Positions 1 to 13,250 of a stretch of DNA of 64,000 nt are shown here, one piece after another (position 1 is the stretch's first letter; each line of letters starts with the position of its first letter). The stretch is from Camelus ferus (lineage: Eukaryota): positions 78,680,001 to 78,744,000 of the forward strand of contig NC_045697.1 in NCBI RefSeq assembly GCF_009834535.1, in the 5' to 3' direction. The position numbers and the translations under genes were made by a program. The notes below the pieces were generated by a model that was not told the origin of the DNA, did no database searches, and saw only the letters and a list, made by a program, of their open reading frames with translations.

Positions 1-3000
1 CTTAAAAAAAAAAAAGCTCAAAGCACAAAATTTTCAGTTTTTAAAAGATCTTCAAAAGAAGTAATTTAATTGAAAAATTTCAGAAACTAACCCCAACTAC
101 TCTCCCATGCAGTTTGCATATATTTTCAAATCTTTTAAAAAATTATTATGTATGATCCCTATTTCCTCTGTGTCTAACATAATTATAAGGAACTGCACAG
201 AGAGTGAAAAGAATGAGTGTGCAATGTTTATCCCAGTTTCTCTGTCTTCTGATGACACTGTTTAAACTGATGCATTTCATTTGGCCTGGGCAACCTAGAC
301 CCTCAGGTCCAAGGCAAACCCTAATTAAGCTAAGTGGTACCTTTTCCAACGACATCTGCTACCAAAAGTTTCAAATATCCACAACAAAGCATGATTTTCA
401 GCTTCCAGATACATTATGATTAATTATTTTTTCCCAAAAGGATGAAGTTACAAATTGAGACACCACTTCCGGTATTTTAGAACCACAAAAGCTCGACCCG
501 TTTCTTACTTTCATTCTTTTTTTTTAATTCTTTTTCATTTATTCAGGTGTTTAGACTCACTCTACCTTTTGACAAGTTTAATAATTAAAACAAGTGTAAA
601 CAATCAAACAGCAACACATAATACAGTAAAGGCTAGAAGAAAAGCTAAGATGTTTTTCTCTCTCTTTTTTTTTTCCCTCAGCCTCTACGGATTTATGAAA
701 CTTCCTTTTTAGGTGGTGCCTCTACAAGGCAAAGTAAAATGGACGGTTTCCAGTTGTTGTGTTTTAAAATGAATAAAGTGGTATAAAATGACAAATAAAT
801 GACTATTTTTATTACATCAGTCTACACTACAAATTATTTTTGTATGTATAGTGCTGAGCTTACTGAATTTGTGTAATGATTTGGACCAAGAAAATGAATT
901 AATGGAAGCATTTTTCATGTATACATATAGACACACAAAAAAGTCTGTTCCAATTTATTTAATTTTTACATTTTTGATGATGAAAAAATTTAAATAAATG
1001 GTTGTTTAGCCTGATTCTATTAAATAAACTGAATCAATTTCAAAGATTTATGGGGGGGTTCTTTTTTCAACACTCACATGGGTAGAAGTACATTTTTGGT
1101 TGCGCTAAAGTTAAAGGACAACTCTCCCAGCAACACTGAATTTATGCAAAAGCCGAATATTTATTTGGTTCAGCCAATGTTCAGTTGTGAGTTTTAAGGT
1201 GATCATAGTACTTGAATGGTATAGAGGAGAACAGTTATTCCAAATTGGGGGGAAAGAGGGAACTCCACAAGTCTTAGAAAATTTATGACAGAATCTGATC
1301 TTTCTTGTTTTCAAAACTGATGAGCTTTAAGCTACTCAGATCTGCCCCCTCAACCCTGTGCCATCAGTAAGACTACGGAGCTGCATCCCACACGCTATAT
1401 AGCATAATTCGATTTAATGCATTTCATAAACGTCATGCTACATTATAATGCAGCTTACACATTCAAAACAATTGTTGTGCATGCCCTTTAGGCTACAGCT
1501 TTTGTCACATTGTGTATTATATACAATCACTTGTAAATCCAGCAAAACACACAGGCAGAGAAATCAAAGCAAGAGGTAGAGCCTGTTTTAATGTGATTAT
1601 ATTGGCATCTGATATGATGGTGCTTTGGACCATATTGACATGAGTGAGGATTCTATGTAGCAACTGTTCAATACCATCCGTTGGACTTCTCTGATAGACC
1701 ACTTAACTATCTCAGCTTTTCCAGTGATCATCTCATTTATCTAGGATTATTGCACTGAATTTACTGTTTGGTTTTCTTCCAGAACTGAAATGTCAAGTCC
1801 AGTGTCATGTATGCAGTAGCTTTGTGCTGTGAGAGCTTCACAGATCCCCCAAAAGCTGCTAGCAGTTGATCTTTGGATAGAGCTAGAAATAAATAAATCC
1901 TCTTTAGCAGATCAATATTCATCCCATTTAATGCTTGATGTGAAACTTGTGGATTTGTGGTGGTAATGCTGATGTACAGCTAATCGTTGAAAACGGGCAT
2001 TAGGGCTTTTATAGCATGGCAACATATTGTCAGGCAGGAAGGGAAAGAAGTGGTGAGCACAGCCTGGAAAAAAATACGGTAAATTTGTGGAAATTTGCGG
2101 CACATTTGGAATCCACTTGGGCTGCTTTACTGTGTAATACTAGAAACTAATAACATGGACAACTAATGGATGTGCTACGTAAAATAAATTCCTGGGATCT
2201 TCTCTTGATTTGCCACTTTTTTGTGGGACGGTATATAAAAATGAAGTATCTGACTCATTTTGAGACTCTGAGGCTAAAGAAATATTTTCCCTATGGTGTT
2301 GTTGTAAGTATTAATAATTAGAGCACAGAAAACAGTTTAGCATAAAAGCCAGAAACTCTGGGAACAGTGGAGTTTTTATACTAAAAATTCATGGTAAAAA
2401 TGGAGACTCAAAGAAAGGAGTGTAAAGAAATGTACTGAACAATTAACTGCAAATAAGAAAAAAGACATCCTGCTAGTGAATAAGGTTTGAACCATGGTTA
2501 ATGCCAACAGCTAAGGTATTTTTTTCTAGTCAATGATATAAAAGTCAAAATGTCAGACCTTTCTTAGACTACAAAAGTTAAATTTATCCCTTTTGATTTA
2601 ACAGACTTTTTCTTCTCTAATATATGATAATTCATACTGTCATGGTGTTCAGAAGAGCAAGCTGGTGCCGGGCATTCTCTGCATGCAATAGCTTTCAGCC
2701 CAACCACATAATCTGTAATATAGACATTTGTGGTTGCCAATGGTATATATACTTTCAACCATATTTCTCGATTATTAATTTAATACATGCAAGCAAAATG
2801 CGCGAATGATATCTGTGTGAAAACCTTGATTTGTCAATGTTCTTACAGACTTGGGCTGCCCCAGTTGAATTTTAGCGAGCATCTAAACTTATTTGCATGA
2901 AGGGATGCCTTTGTGAATAAAGCATGAGAAATATGCACTTACTGTAACTATTGAAACTAGAGAACTGGTATTGATTTGATTTCCCAGGAGAAATGATATT

Positions 3001-4276
3001 CCTTCTCAAATAGTAGGTTTTCATTTAAGTTTACTGAGAAATGAAACACTATAATCTTTACATAGTAGGAGAGGTCATTAAGCTTAAAACACGCAGAGTA
3101 ACATCTGCTGGCTCCAGATAGTCACTGTACTGCACAGAAATGTCAGCTTCCCTTGTGTGAATCCCAAACTTTACCACTGATAAGTGATATCCTGCACCAC
3201 CACCCCCCCATAGGGATCTCAGGCAGTCACAGCTCCTTTGGTTGGAAAAGAAAGACAGGATAAGAGGGCAGGTCATGGTCACAGGATTGTGTTTATCTGA
3301 TGAAGAGTAAATCAGTAAACAGGGGAGGAGAGGTATGTTTATGCTTGAGGCCATGAAGGTTGAGAAATAGCAATGTGCAAGGTCGACATGACAATTGGAA
3401 GAGCATGTAGGCTGTGTCTGCAATAGTATATACATGTGAATGCATGCACATTCATGCAGAAGTATGTTCAGTTACCCTGGATATGCAAAGGGCATAATAA
3501 TGTGTGACTATATACATATACACACATACACACACCCAGAGACACACTCCATCTATATTGTGTTATGTGTGTGGGGGGGAGTGAATACATAGGCATAAAT
3601 AGGAATATCTTAATCATATTCTAGGGTTGAAAATATCCTGAAAATGAAAATTTTAAAGTGTATATGAATTTATAGATAACAGAGTAACAAACGGTTAGTC
3701 GCAGAAAGTAGAGTGTCTTTTTTCTAAGTCTAAACTTTGTGGGTGAGATCATGAAAGATCCAGGGTCCTTTGCTCTACACAGCAAACTTTTCACTGGAAA
3801 AAAGTGGGGCTAGTAGACTTACTATGACAACTCTTACATTAATCTAAAATGACATGTAAGATGGAGATTTTCCATTTCTTTTTTCTATCCAGAAAATAAA
3901 TATTTTCCAGATTTTGAATATATAATTTTAAGAACTTATTATTAAGAACTTCACAGCTGAAGCATTATTTGAAAAAACTGGGCCATTAGAAAACTGCTTA
4001 GAAACTTTTTTTTCGTTTTCCTTAATAGCTATATTCTCTCATTCAAATTCCAGAGAATACTATCCATGCAGTTTTTTAGGAATGAAGAGAAAATACGCCC
4101 CCATACATACGGCAGAACAACTCACTTCATAGTCTCCCCTTAATTACCACACTTCTTGTCTAGAGAGAAAACTTTGAAAAATAAAAATCTGATTTTATCA
4201 GGTTTCCAATTTTGTATGTGTTTGGCTACCCAGAAGCCAAGAGATAAACTATACATTTTTACCTTTTAATCTTGCC

Positions 4277-4350
4277 CTCACATTTATAATTTCCCTATTC
4301 ATTCATGTATTCAACAAATAATTATTGGGCATATTTTATGTGCTTAGTCC
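4277..4350 (-). mobile_element. L2 LINE 3' end fragment
   Basis: attcattcatgtattcaacaaataattattgggcatattttatgtgc resembles the reverse complement of the L2 3' tail. Confidence 0.65.
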
Positions 4351-5261
4351 TTCACCTCCAGGAGGTTACACTCTTGTTTTCCCTTTTGCCATAGTCCTGG
4401 AAGCTTTGATACATATTGTATGTATTTTTGAGATGTCCATTTAGTTGTCAACTATAACAAGTTATTTATGAAGCAAGGTGGAGTATAATCAACAAAGATG
4501 ATTGGGTTGATGTCTGGATGGAATACAGTTGGCAGATAAATGAAAAGATGTGTGTATAGATACATAGATAACCAGTGGATAGCAGGAGGAGTCCTGTGTG
4601 ATTATGTGGTCCTGGCTATCCTCATAAACTACACAGCTATGCTGTTCTCATAGATTACAGTCTACCAGCTGAGCAACAGATTACATTCTTCTATGGGAAA
4701 CAAAAACACCCAGTCTGAATTACTCACAGAAAAAATTCCTTCCCAATAAGCTCAGCTTCCTAAGATAGAGAAAATAAGATTTAAATTTCCATTGGAAACT
4801 AGCTGATGTGGGCACCACCTGAATGGAGCTAGAGTGGCAAATTAAAAGAAAAACACAATGACTCAAACTTTTGTCAGAGGGGGAGACATATTAGAGGGGG
4901 AAAATATGTATATAGAATGAACTTCTTTTGTGCAAAATATATGTGTTTATTATAGAACTGAAAATTATGTTATAGTAAGGAGGATTATCTCCACAGTCCA
5001 TCTCTCTAGATTGATAGTCTTCGAAGGTAACATACTGCCCTGAAGAATGTATTGGTGGAAGATACCTTCCAGGGGATGTAGAATTATAAAATTTGAACAT
5101 TTTTGGTCCAACTTTCTAAAAATTCTTATTATACCACTCGTGAAGGCACGGTAGTATTTGTGAGAACGAGGAATATTAACAATTAGCCTGATGGGCACAT
5201 TGTCCAGGGGGTTTCCTATTGTGAAATGTCCTCCATGGACAAATGTCCACAGGAGAGACCA

Positions 5262-5293
5262 GACTCGTGAGTCACCGGACTCGTGAGTCACCG
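5262..5293. repeat. Perfect 16-bp tandem duplication (gactcgtgagtcaccg)x2
   Basis: Two identical adjacent copies read directly from the sequence. Confidence 0.95.
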
Positions 5294-7812
5294 GCAGACA
5301 GATGCTCTGTCAGTGCCTTTTGTCTGTGCAAATATAGTCTGTGATATTTTAACTAAAATTTGCCAGAAAAACTATTTAAATGTGGAAGTTTATCACTTTA
5401 CCTCCCTTCCACTAATCCCTGTTAAAATATTATAAATAACAGAGAGCTTAGAGTTGCAGAACAGAGACCCAACAAGACTTAACCAATAATCTTTCTGCAA
5501 AAGATTCAAATAAAACCTTACAACAAATAACTAAACCAATCCACTTTGATCCGTATGAATTATCTGTAGTTCTAATTCCCCTTATCTTTAAAAAAATAAG
5601 GAAAGGAAAAAAAAACTCATATTTTAAGCAGATCATTTTACAGGCTATCCTAAAACAAAACAAAACAAAAAAACAAGCAAACAAAAACCCAATCCCCTGA
5701 GATTTTTATGTTTCTGTAAGAACTCTTATTCCAAGGAGAAAAAGTTTGATATGCTCCAGTTTTACACAGCTACAATGCCTTCTTATTGCTGGGATATGCA
5801 GAGGTTACTCGAAAAGCTCCCTGAAAAGACCTGGGCCCTCTTTTATGAAGACAATGAATAGGATTTTACACACAGACAATGACAGAGAGACAGGGAACCA
5901 CTTTGAAGTTCAAATAATTTGACAACAAGTTCTGGAATTCCTAAAAAATAATGAAAAGGATCTTTGCCAAATTTTTATTTTGTTTTTATTCTGTTTTCAG
6001 CTCCTTAGGCGGGTTCAGGCAGGAAGCACAGCCCGAACAACTCAGTCTGATCTGTAGGGATTAGTGACAGCAAAGAAGGCTGCTGTGTGAATCTGAGTCA
6101 TTTTTTTTTTTAATGGTTAGCAATTCTAAAGAAAAATATTCATATAATATGCAAACATGCCAAATCCTATCTTTATAAGTATATCTAGGCAAACTTTTTA
6201 ATATAAAATCACCTAAAAATTATTTATACCTAATTAGAGTGACCTGTTCTTTGGAAATGCTTTATTGGTCTCTAAATAAAACATAGAGTTTCTTATTTCT
6301 GAACAAATGTATTTTTAGTCATAATATTAAGTAAAATACTTAATTTGGCATGAGATTTTGGCATCATCAATTGCTTTTAGAGACAAGCAACTGGTAAGGA
6401 CAAGGGATAGGAATTACACAAACAAGGTGGGCAAGTCTTCCCATCAATTTTAAGAACTCAGTGATGTTAAAGGCAAGATAGTGATCTAAATTTTCCACAA
6501 TGCTTTGGAACAAAGTGTGAAGTAAGGAAAATTAATTTTCAAAAATATAATTTCCTAACTAAAATGACTCCAAATTGGAAGAGTAAAATCTACCCTTGAA
6601 ATATACCACACCCAAAGATCTATTCTAAAATGCAAAAAAGGGATTTGTTTTGCTATACCTAAAATTGCATTACTCCTTAAAGTTTAACATTTTGCCTTCT
6701 GCACTTCAACCAGGCCCTAAAACCTGGGACAATCATGAGGCAAACGGACTAACCAAACTAAATGTTCTCTAGGGTAAACCTATGGGGTAATAAATTTATA
6801 TGATTGTAAAAATGAAACAAAAATATCTTAGGGGTGATTTTTAAAAATTTTTTTTCCAAATTTTGGTCCCAGAACTACTGCATAAATATAGTAGTGTCAG
6901 TGGTACAAAGAATGTCTATATTCAAGATGGCAACTTCATGCAGCCAGACAGCATTACACATGTTATTCCACACCCCACAAGAGAAATATTACAAAAAGTC
7001 CTCAAGACATTGGTTTTCTCCCACAAGAACCCTACCATTTATAGAGTTTGGAATAGCCCAATAGGTCTGATAACATATGTTTCTTATCATATTACATAAG
7101 ATTATTTCTCTTTTTTTCCCTTGTCATTTAGCCATTCAATTAATATACTACAGATAATAATTGTTTATTATTAACAATTTTAAAACTCACTTGGTCAATT
7201 AGTAGAAAGAGCTCTATTGTTATTGCAATATTAAAGCTTGAATATTCCATTTCTTAAAATTCATTACTAAAAAGAATCTGGTGGATCTTAACACAGAATA
7301 TCTGTAATTTTGCTTGAAATTGTGGCCTATGTTTGGTTTGAGGTATAAAAGACTAACATGATTTCATTTATAAATACATAAAATTAAGGCAAATCCAGGT
7401 AGGAAAGCAAAGAATTAGAATACTTACTTGAAATTAAAATCAAAATTATTTTACTAATTTGTTAATTGCTTTGCTACAGAAATTGGACAGAAATAAGTTT
7501 GTAGCAAAATAAGAAAGGCTGTTTTTTGGCAATTATCTTGCAATTTAGCTTGAAACGATCCATTAAAGAAACCAACTAAGACATTTGCTTCAATAGGTAT
7601 TCTTTTTGCATGTGAAGAATCAAACAACCTCATTTATTTGTATTCTGTTAGATAAGTGGACAAACTAAGAGTCTGCCAAAATCTATTCTCTAGTTTCATT
7701 TAAAATGAAAATACAAATAAAAAAACTAATGAAAAATAACTTGGATCAAAAGTAGTAGCAGGGGTCAAGTACGTAGTATCCCTTTCCCCCCAACCCTCTT
7801 TTCTTCACCTAG

Positions 7813-7813
<1 letters not shown>

Positions 7814-7856
<43 letters not shown>
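7814..7856. repeat. (CA)n microsatellite, about 21 units, followed by a degenerate CA-rich tract
   Basis: Uninterrupted AC run in the sequence. Confidence 0.98.
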
Positions 7857-7859
<3 letters not shown>

Positions 7860-8366
7860 ACATGCATAAACACACACATCCATGCACATACATCCACACA
7901 CAAATACACAAATATGTACACACACATTTATGCACTCACAGAGGCATTTACTCAAATATTTTGATGTATTAATTCATTACAATTAATCAAAGATCAATGT
8001 CTACATGCCATTTTCCCCTCTTACTACATAACATCCAAGTAGCATTTGAATCTTTTATTTGCTTACCTAGTCGCCTTAGAAGAAATAATATTTGTTGGCA
8101 TTTATTTACAGAAGTATTTAACTAAGCCTTACTCAACTTGTTTGCTGTCTTTTCTTGCAATCCTGTGGGTAGTGAAGTTGCCTAGATCTTACAACCACAA
8201 CATTGAGCAATAATGCTCATAGTTGCACAAAATTTGTGAGATTTTAGGTCAATGCACTGACATCTTTCTGTTCTCTGGTCTAAAAGGACAGCAGAGGGAG
8301 CTCCTGCATGACTTAAGGAAACCAAAGGCAGGAGAAGAAAGACTTTTCAGGGTTGGAAATCATACC

Positions 8367-8386
8367 TGGTGCCCTCTGCTGGAGTC
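8367..8386 (-). promoter_or_regulatory. Candidate CTCF binding site
   Basis: Minus strand reads GACTCCAGCAGAGGGCACCA; the core CCAGCAGAGGGCAC fits the CTCF consensus CCASYAGRKGGCRS. Confidence 0.6.
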
Positions 8387-10109
8387 ACTGATTAGAAGTT
8401 CAGATTTCAAAAAAATTTTCAAGAACTAAATTCCAGATTTGATCTTTAATGTGTTTTATTACTAGACATCATAAAGGGTGTAGCAGAATTTTCTAAATAA
8501 AGCTAATTTTAATTTCTTTCAATTAAAAAATACATATATGCCTTACATTATTTTAACGAAGTTTGTAGTTTAAAAATCAATCAAATTTCTGTGGATAATC
8601 TCACTCCTCTAAAATCTATAACATTATTGAATTGTCACAATAGTTTCTCCATAACTCTGTAACTCCTATATTCAACAATCTTACTATGCAATGCATAAAC
8701 TCTGGCATTCATATGACAAAAACACAGGTACACCATTCTAATGTAAAATAGTTTTACAATGGGTGAAAGAATCCATTTAAAAGGGTTTCAGATCAGGGTT
8801 TGTACTGACTGAACCATATGATTAATAAATGTTTTTCATTGTAATAGTTCAGCAATAAGGCCACTTACTGAAAACCATTTCAATTTCTGCTTGCTTTTTA
8901 ATTCCTTTGAAGAACACTTCAAAAGAAGGTATCTTTTAATTCAGAATGATTGGTAATAAAATTACTTTCAATTTTATTGTAAATATGTATGTATTCATTA
9001 TAAATAAGAAATTATTATTTCTACTAAGAACCAACAAATCTCTAGATATTCTGTATAATTCTGTGTTATAACAGTATGTGCTATAATACTATGTAATTAT
9101 TTGCAAATAAGACATTTATGAAGTCCACTTTGGAGACCACTTGCCATTTAACTCTCCCTTTATATTTAAATACCACATAGAAAAGCACTACTGCACTGTG
9201 ATTCGAAAGTATAAAAGCTTGGAAAACATTTCCTTCATTAATATTTTGTCATGATCAAATGACTACTGAAAGGGTCCACCTATAGGAAATAAACCAGATA
9301 TTGAACGGCAAAGAGTTTACATGATGTTTTTGCTTCCACTTTAGACTGAAGGGACTAGTCATTTTGATATTAAGAATTTTCAGTCTGTATTTATAACATT
9401 ACTTTCAAATTATACTTAAAAGATACTTAGAAGAGTGAACTATAATAGTAAAATATACATGTTGTATGTGTACACATAGCATTAACCTGCAAAAATAAAA
9501 TAGATTTTCATTTTTTAAAAAGTTAGCAGGATATTTATGTCCTTCACAGCCAGAAAGAAAAACTTATCATTCAATTTAAATAAAAATAAGCAATTTTTCC
9601 TTCAGGTCTGCTCTGTAACATGAACATTTCATTTGACTAAGCCCATCAGGAATGACACAACATATCTTGAGTCATTTCTTTGTGTTTGTGTTAATATAGA
9701 TATATTGAGTATTAATCTAATTTTGACAATTAGTACTATATGTCTGGGTGGGGAGCTGGGGTTTGGGCAGGGGAGAGATAAACATGGGCTGAAGATGAAT
9801 GAGTATTAATTAGTTATATGTTCACATTGACCTTTTAAAAGGCATCTGGTTTCACGTATATATTTACTTCTTTTGATGCCAGCAAAATTTTAAAGAATAA
9901 AGGCAAGTATAGTTTGATAAAAGCCATAAAATTTGAATTTTTAGCTTGAAACCTGTAACATCTATATTTCTTTTAAAAGCTCTCAACAATACAAGAAGAG
10001 TAATACTGAAACTCCAAATGTTCAGAAAAGTTTAAGTTCATAAATATTTATTCACATTTCTAGAATACAGAATAGGAATTAAACTGTATGTACTTTTGAT
10101 TCAGATTAA

Positions 10110-10215
10110 ACATTTATTTGTCCATCAGGCAAATAAATACTCAGCGGCTCTCATGAGTTAGGCATAGTCCCAGGTCCTGGGGAAGAAGCAGTACACCGCC
10201 CTCTTTAACTTACAC
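10110..10215 (-). mobile_element. L2 3' fragment
   Basis: catttatttgtccatc...aaataaatactcagc...ggcatagtcccaggtcctgggga...agcagt resembles a degenerate L2 tail. Confidence 0.5.
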
Positions 10216-10597
10216 TTTCGTTTTGCAATAGATAACATTGTTATGACATTTATCATATCTGTTTCTAAAATGCTAATGGAGTATATGAATACAAATAAAG
10301 ATAAAACACAGTTAATCTATCCAAGGAAGAACAAGACTTAATAGAAAATTTTGAAATTTTTTATTGTGAATAAAAATCCCCATTGAAGGTTTATGGATTT
10401 TTAATCTCACTATTTTTTTAAAACTGGCAAATCTTTTTGAAGATTTTCCTCATCTTCCTTCCCAGATTCTCAGTTTGGGATTGATACATTGGTCATGCTT
10501 TCAAATAAATAACATTCTTACTCTTTTTTAGCAGAGTAATATAAGGTAGGGCTCACTAACTTCAAGGGACCAAGATTATAACAAATATTCAATTATA

Positions 10598-10978
10598 CAC
10601 GTTTTCCTCACTATCCGAAAGTAGACTGTTTCTATGAAACCTTCAGTTAAGCTAAAATGGTGTAAAGCTAAGTAGTTCCCTTATGACCCATCTTGCTAAT
10701 GGATGCAAAACATAAATGGAGAAAAAGCACAGATGCTCAGGGACACAGCCCAAAGCCATGGCTGCCTGATGCTGAGATCTGAGTGTAGTTCCTGGAGAAA
10801 GAGCTTGGCAGTGCTACCCTCACTGTTTGGGCGCAGGATTTTCTCTTTTCACCTTTTTTTCTTAAAAGCAAAAATCCTCTTTGAATTTCTTTCAGTTATG
10901 GAAAACAGGCACTAATGTAGGTCTTTTGTAAAAGCAAAGTGGCGTCAAGCGAACTTTTGGAAAGCTGGGGATAACTTT
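10598..10978. mobile_element. Non-autonomous Tc1/mariner (Tigger-type) DNA transposon, about 380 bp
   Basis: Imperfect TIRs (cacgttttcctcactatccgaaagt ... acttttggaaagctggggataacttt) with TA on both flanks (10596-10597, 10979-10980). Subfamily not determined. Confidence 0.75.
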
Positions 10979-12133
10979 TAGGTGGACAGTAGAGTTCAAA
11001 TTTATTCTGAAGGTATTCAATATTCTTTCTGCCTCTCATCTCTCATTTCTCTATCATCTGTCTCCACCTTTCTTTCCTAAAACAATGTATGGCAAGAACA
11101 CAACACCTTTTCTCACTGCATTAAGCCTACGATGATTTTGCCAATGATTTCAAGCTCATCCGTCCCCATCTACCTGCACAACCTGTTAACATATGGTCTT
11201 CCTCAGCCCTCTATGCAGGAGACACATTTAACAACATCGTTTCTTCTATTCCATCGATTCTCACCTTTTGTCCTTTCTAATGTTGTATGTAAATTATTCC
11301 TCTAATGGAAATGATCTTTACTCATTTTTGTCAAGTTGCATCTACAAGAACTAGTTGAAATGCCATTTCTTCTTTGAAGCAGCCCTTGATTTCCTTCATG
11401 ACTTGAAGCAATCTATGTGCTTTCTCTGAACTCTGATAATATTTTATTCTAAATCCCTATCAGAGATTAGTATATTTATCATATTTATTTCTCTTTCTTC
11501 TTCAGTAAAAATCTTAGGTCTAATCCATCACACCAATAGTAAGCTCTTTAAGAATCTATGCATCTCTAGACTTGATGTCATACATGAGTGCTGGACACCA
11601 TGGAGTTTTAAAAAATATTTATAAAAATAATCATAATTTATAACCTAATTATTCTTATTCAAAGCACTTCTTAGTAGATAATCTCCTGAGGTCTAGTGTG
11701 CCTTTAAGGAATACATGGTATCCCATGCTTCAGGCTATTTTGGCTTCCAAGATACTGTATAAAGTAAGTTTACCAAATGATAAGATTAAGGTATTTAGAC
11801 TTAACACTTGAATTAAAATTGACAAGTAATTTTATTCAAAATTATTTTTTTAAGAATGGACAATTTTCAAGATTATGTTTTGCATTGGGGAATTATGTCT
11901 TAGGAAAATTGAAGAAAAGTGATTCAGTTTTGTTTAAGTTATATGGAAAAGAAATACATACATACACATCCAATAAAGGTTTCTCAACCAAAAAATAGAT
12001 AAAACATAAATATATGTTATATTATATCTATAATATGTATACTATATATATATATCTTAAGAATTATAAAATATAAGGAAATGTTGATAAGGAAAGTTTT
12101 TCTGGAAGTAATTTGTGTGTACTAAAACACTAT

Positions 12134-12179
12134 TTAGCCAGGTTTTTATGTCATACTTAGCCAGGTTTTTATGTCATAC
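12134..12179. repeat. Perfect 23-bp tandem duplication (ttagccaggtttttatgtcatac)x2
   Basis: Two identical adjacent copies. Confidence 0.95.
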
Positions 12180-12314
12180 ATATGCACAAAAAGGAGATTC
12201 AGAGAGTGTATGATCATTCACTTTGTCACACTTGTCACACTTTTTGAATCAACATTACATAGAGACGCAATCATAATATTCATTACAATGCACATGGAAA
12301 TTTAAAAATACCTT

Positions 12315-12715
12315 TGTGGTAGAGAAAAACATGTCCCTTTTGCTTTTTCTCTTGAACATATAGCCACACTACATTTTCAAGACTCATTTCTGTTAGGTGG
12401 AACCACATGACCAAGTTCTGACCAATGGAATATGTATGCCACTCCAGGCCTAACCAATAAAGCCTCTCACCGGCAAACTTCCATGCTTTCTTTGTTTCCT
12501 TGGAGGTGACTCCAAGACCTTAGGTGGTATTAGAGCCACATTAGGAAGAAGCCTTAGTCCCTGAAAATCACTTGGAGGAAAGCCAGCAGAAAAAGTTCCT
12601 AACTGGGAACACTGAGGCTAGACTGTTAGAAGAGAGAAAAATATGTTTTGTTTTATGAAGAGACTAAAATTTTGGTATAGTTTGTTATAGCAATTAGCCA
12701 ACCCTAACATAGACA
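12315..12715 (+). mobile_element. MaLR solo LTR (old MLT1, J/I-like)
   Basis: TG...CA ends; internal cacatgaccaagttctgaccaatggaat; terminal tttgttatagcaattagcc...aca typical of MLT1. Confidence 0.75.
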
Positions 12716-13089
12716 TAGCAGTAAGTCATACTATTTCCCTTGTAACTTGCATATATAGCCCACACAGAAGTCTGCATGAAATGATTAAATTCATAAATCT
12801 GGATTAGGCCAGCTGAGAGGCAATGAACAAACCTACAGCCAATGAACAAACTTTTTGCATGAGATCCACTTTGGTTAAGAGTAAAAATGTTTGTGAGCCA
12901 TATATTTTTTTTTATAGAGAAATTACATTTGCTGAATTACATGGGGAAATTGCTTATCTTTAAAAGTTACATTACATTTATTAGAAAAGTGTCACTGAGA
13001 AAACTGAGAAGATTAATGTTAAAGTCTTACTGCCTAAAATTACTTGAGCAATAACAATACGAAAACAGTTATCTTTCATTCTATTTGAT

Positions 13090-13250
13090 AGCAGCTTATA
13101 GTTTGCTAAAATAATTCACATCGATTATTTCATCTTATCATTAAGAGATATCAGCCCCATTTTTTTGCCATAAGGATACTAAAAGTTAAAATGATACCTT
13201 TAAATCTACACAGCCAGTACTGCAGAGCTGAGACAAGAATTAACCCATCC
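13090..13250 (-). mobile_element. MIR SINE (degenerate)
   Basis: ttcacatcgattatttcatcttatca...ccccatttt...acacagccagt...gcagagctgaga resembles the MIR core reversed. Confidence 0.6.

Noticed and set aside
770..1030. Cluster of AATAAA hexamers suggesting a plus-strand gene 3' end
   Set aside because: AATAAA is frequent in DNA this AT-rich and no upstream terminal exon is visible; it cannot be supported without transcript data.
5971..6110. Strong plus-strand splice acceptor at 6000
   Set aside because: No convincing donor downstream, and stops occur in all three frames within about 65 nt.
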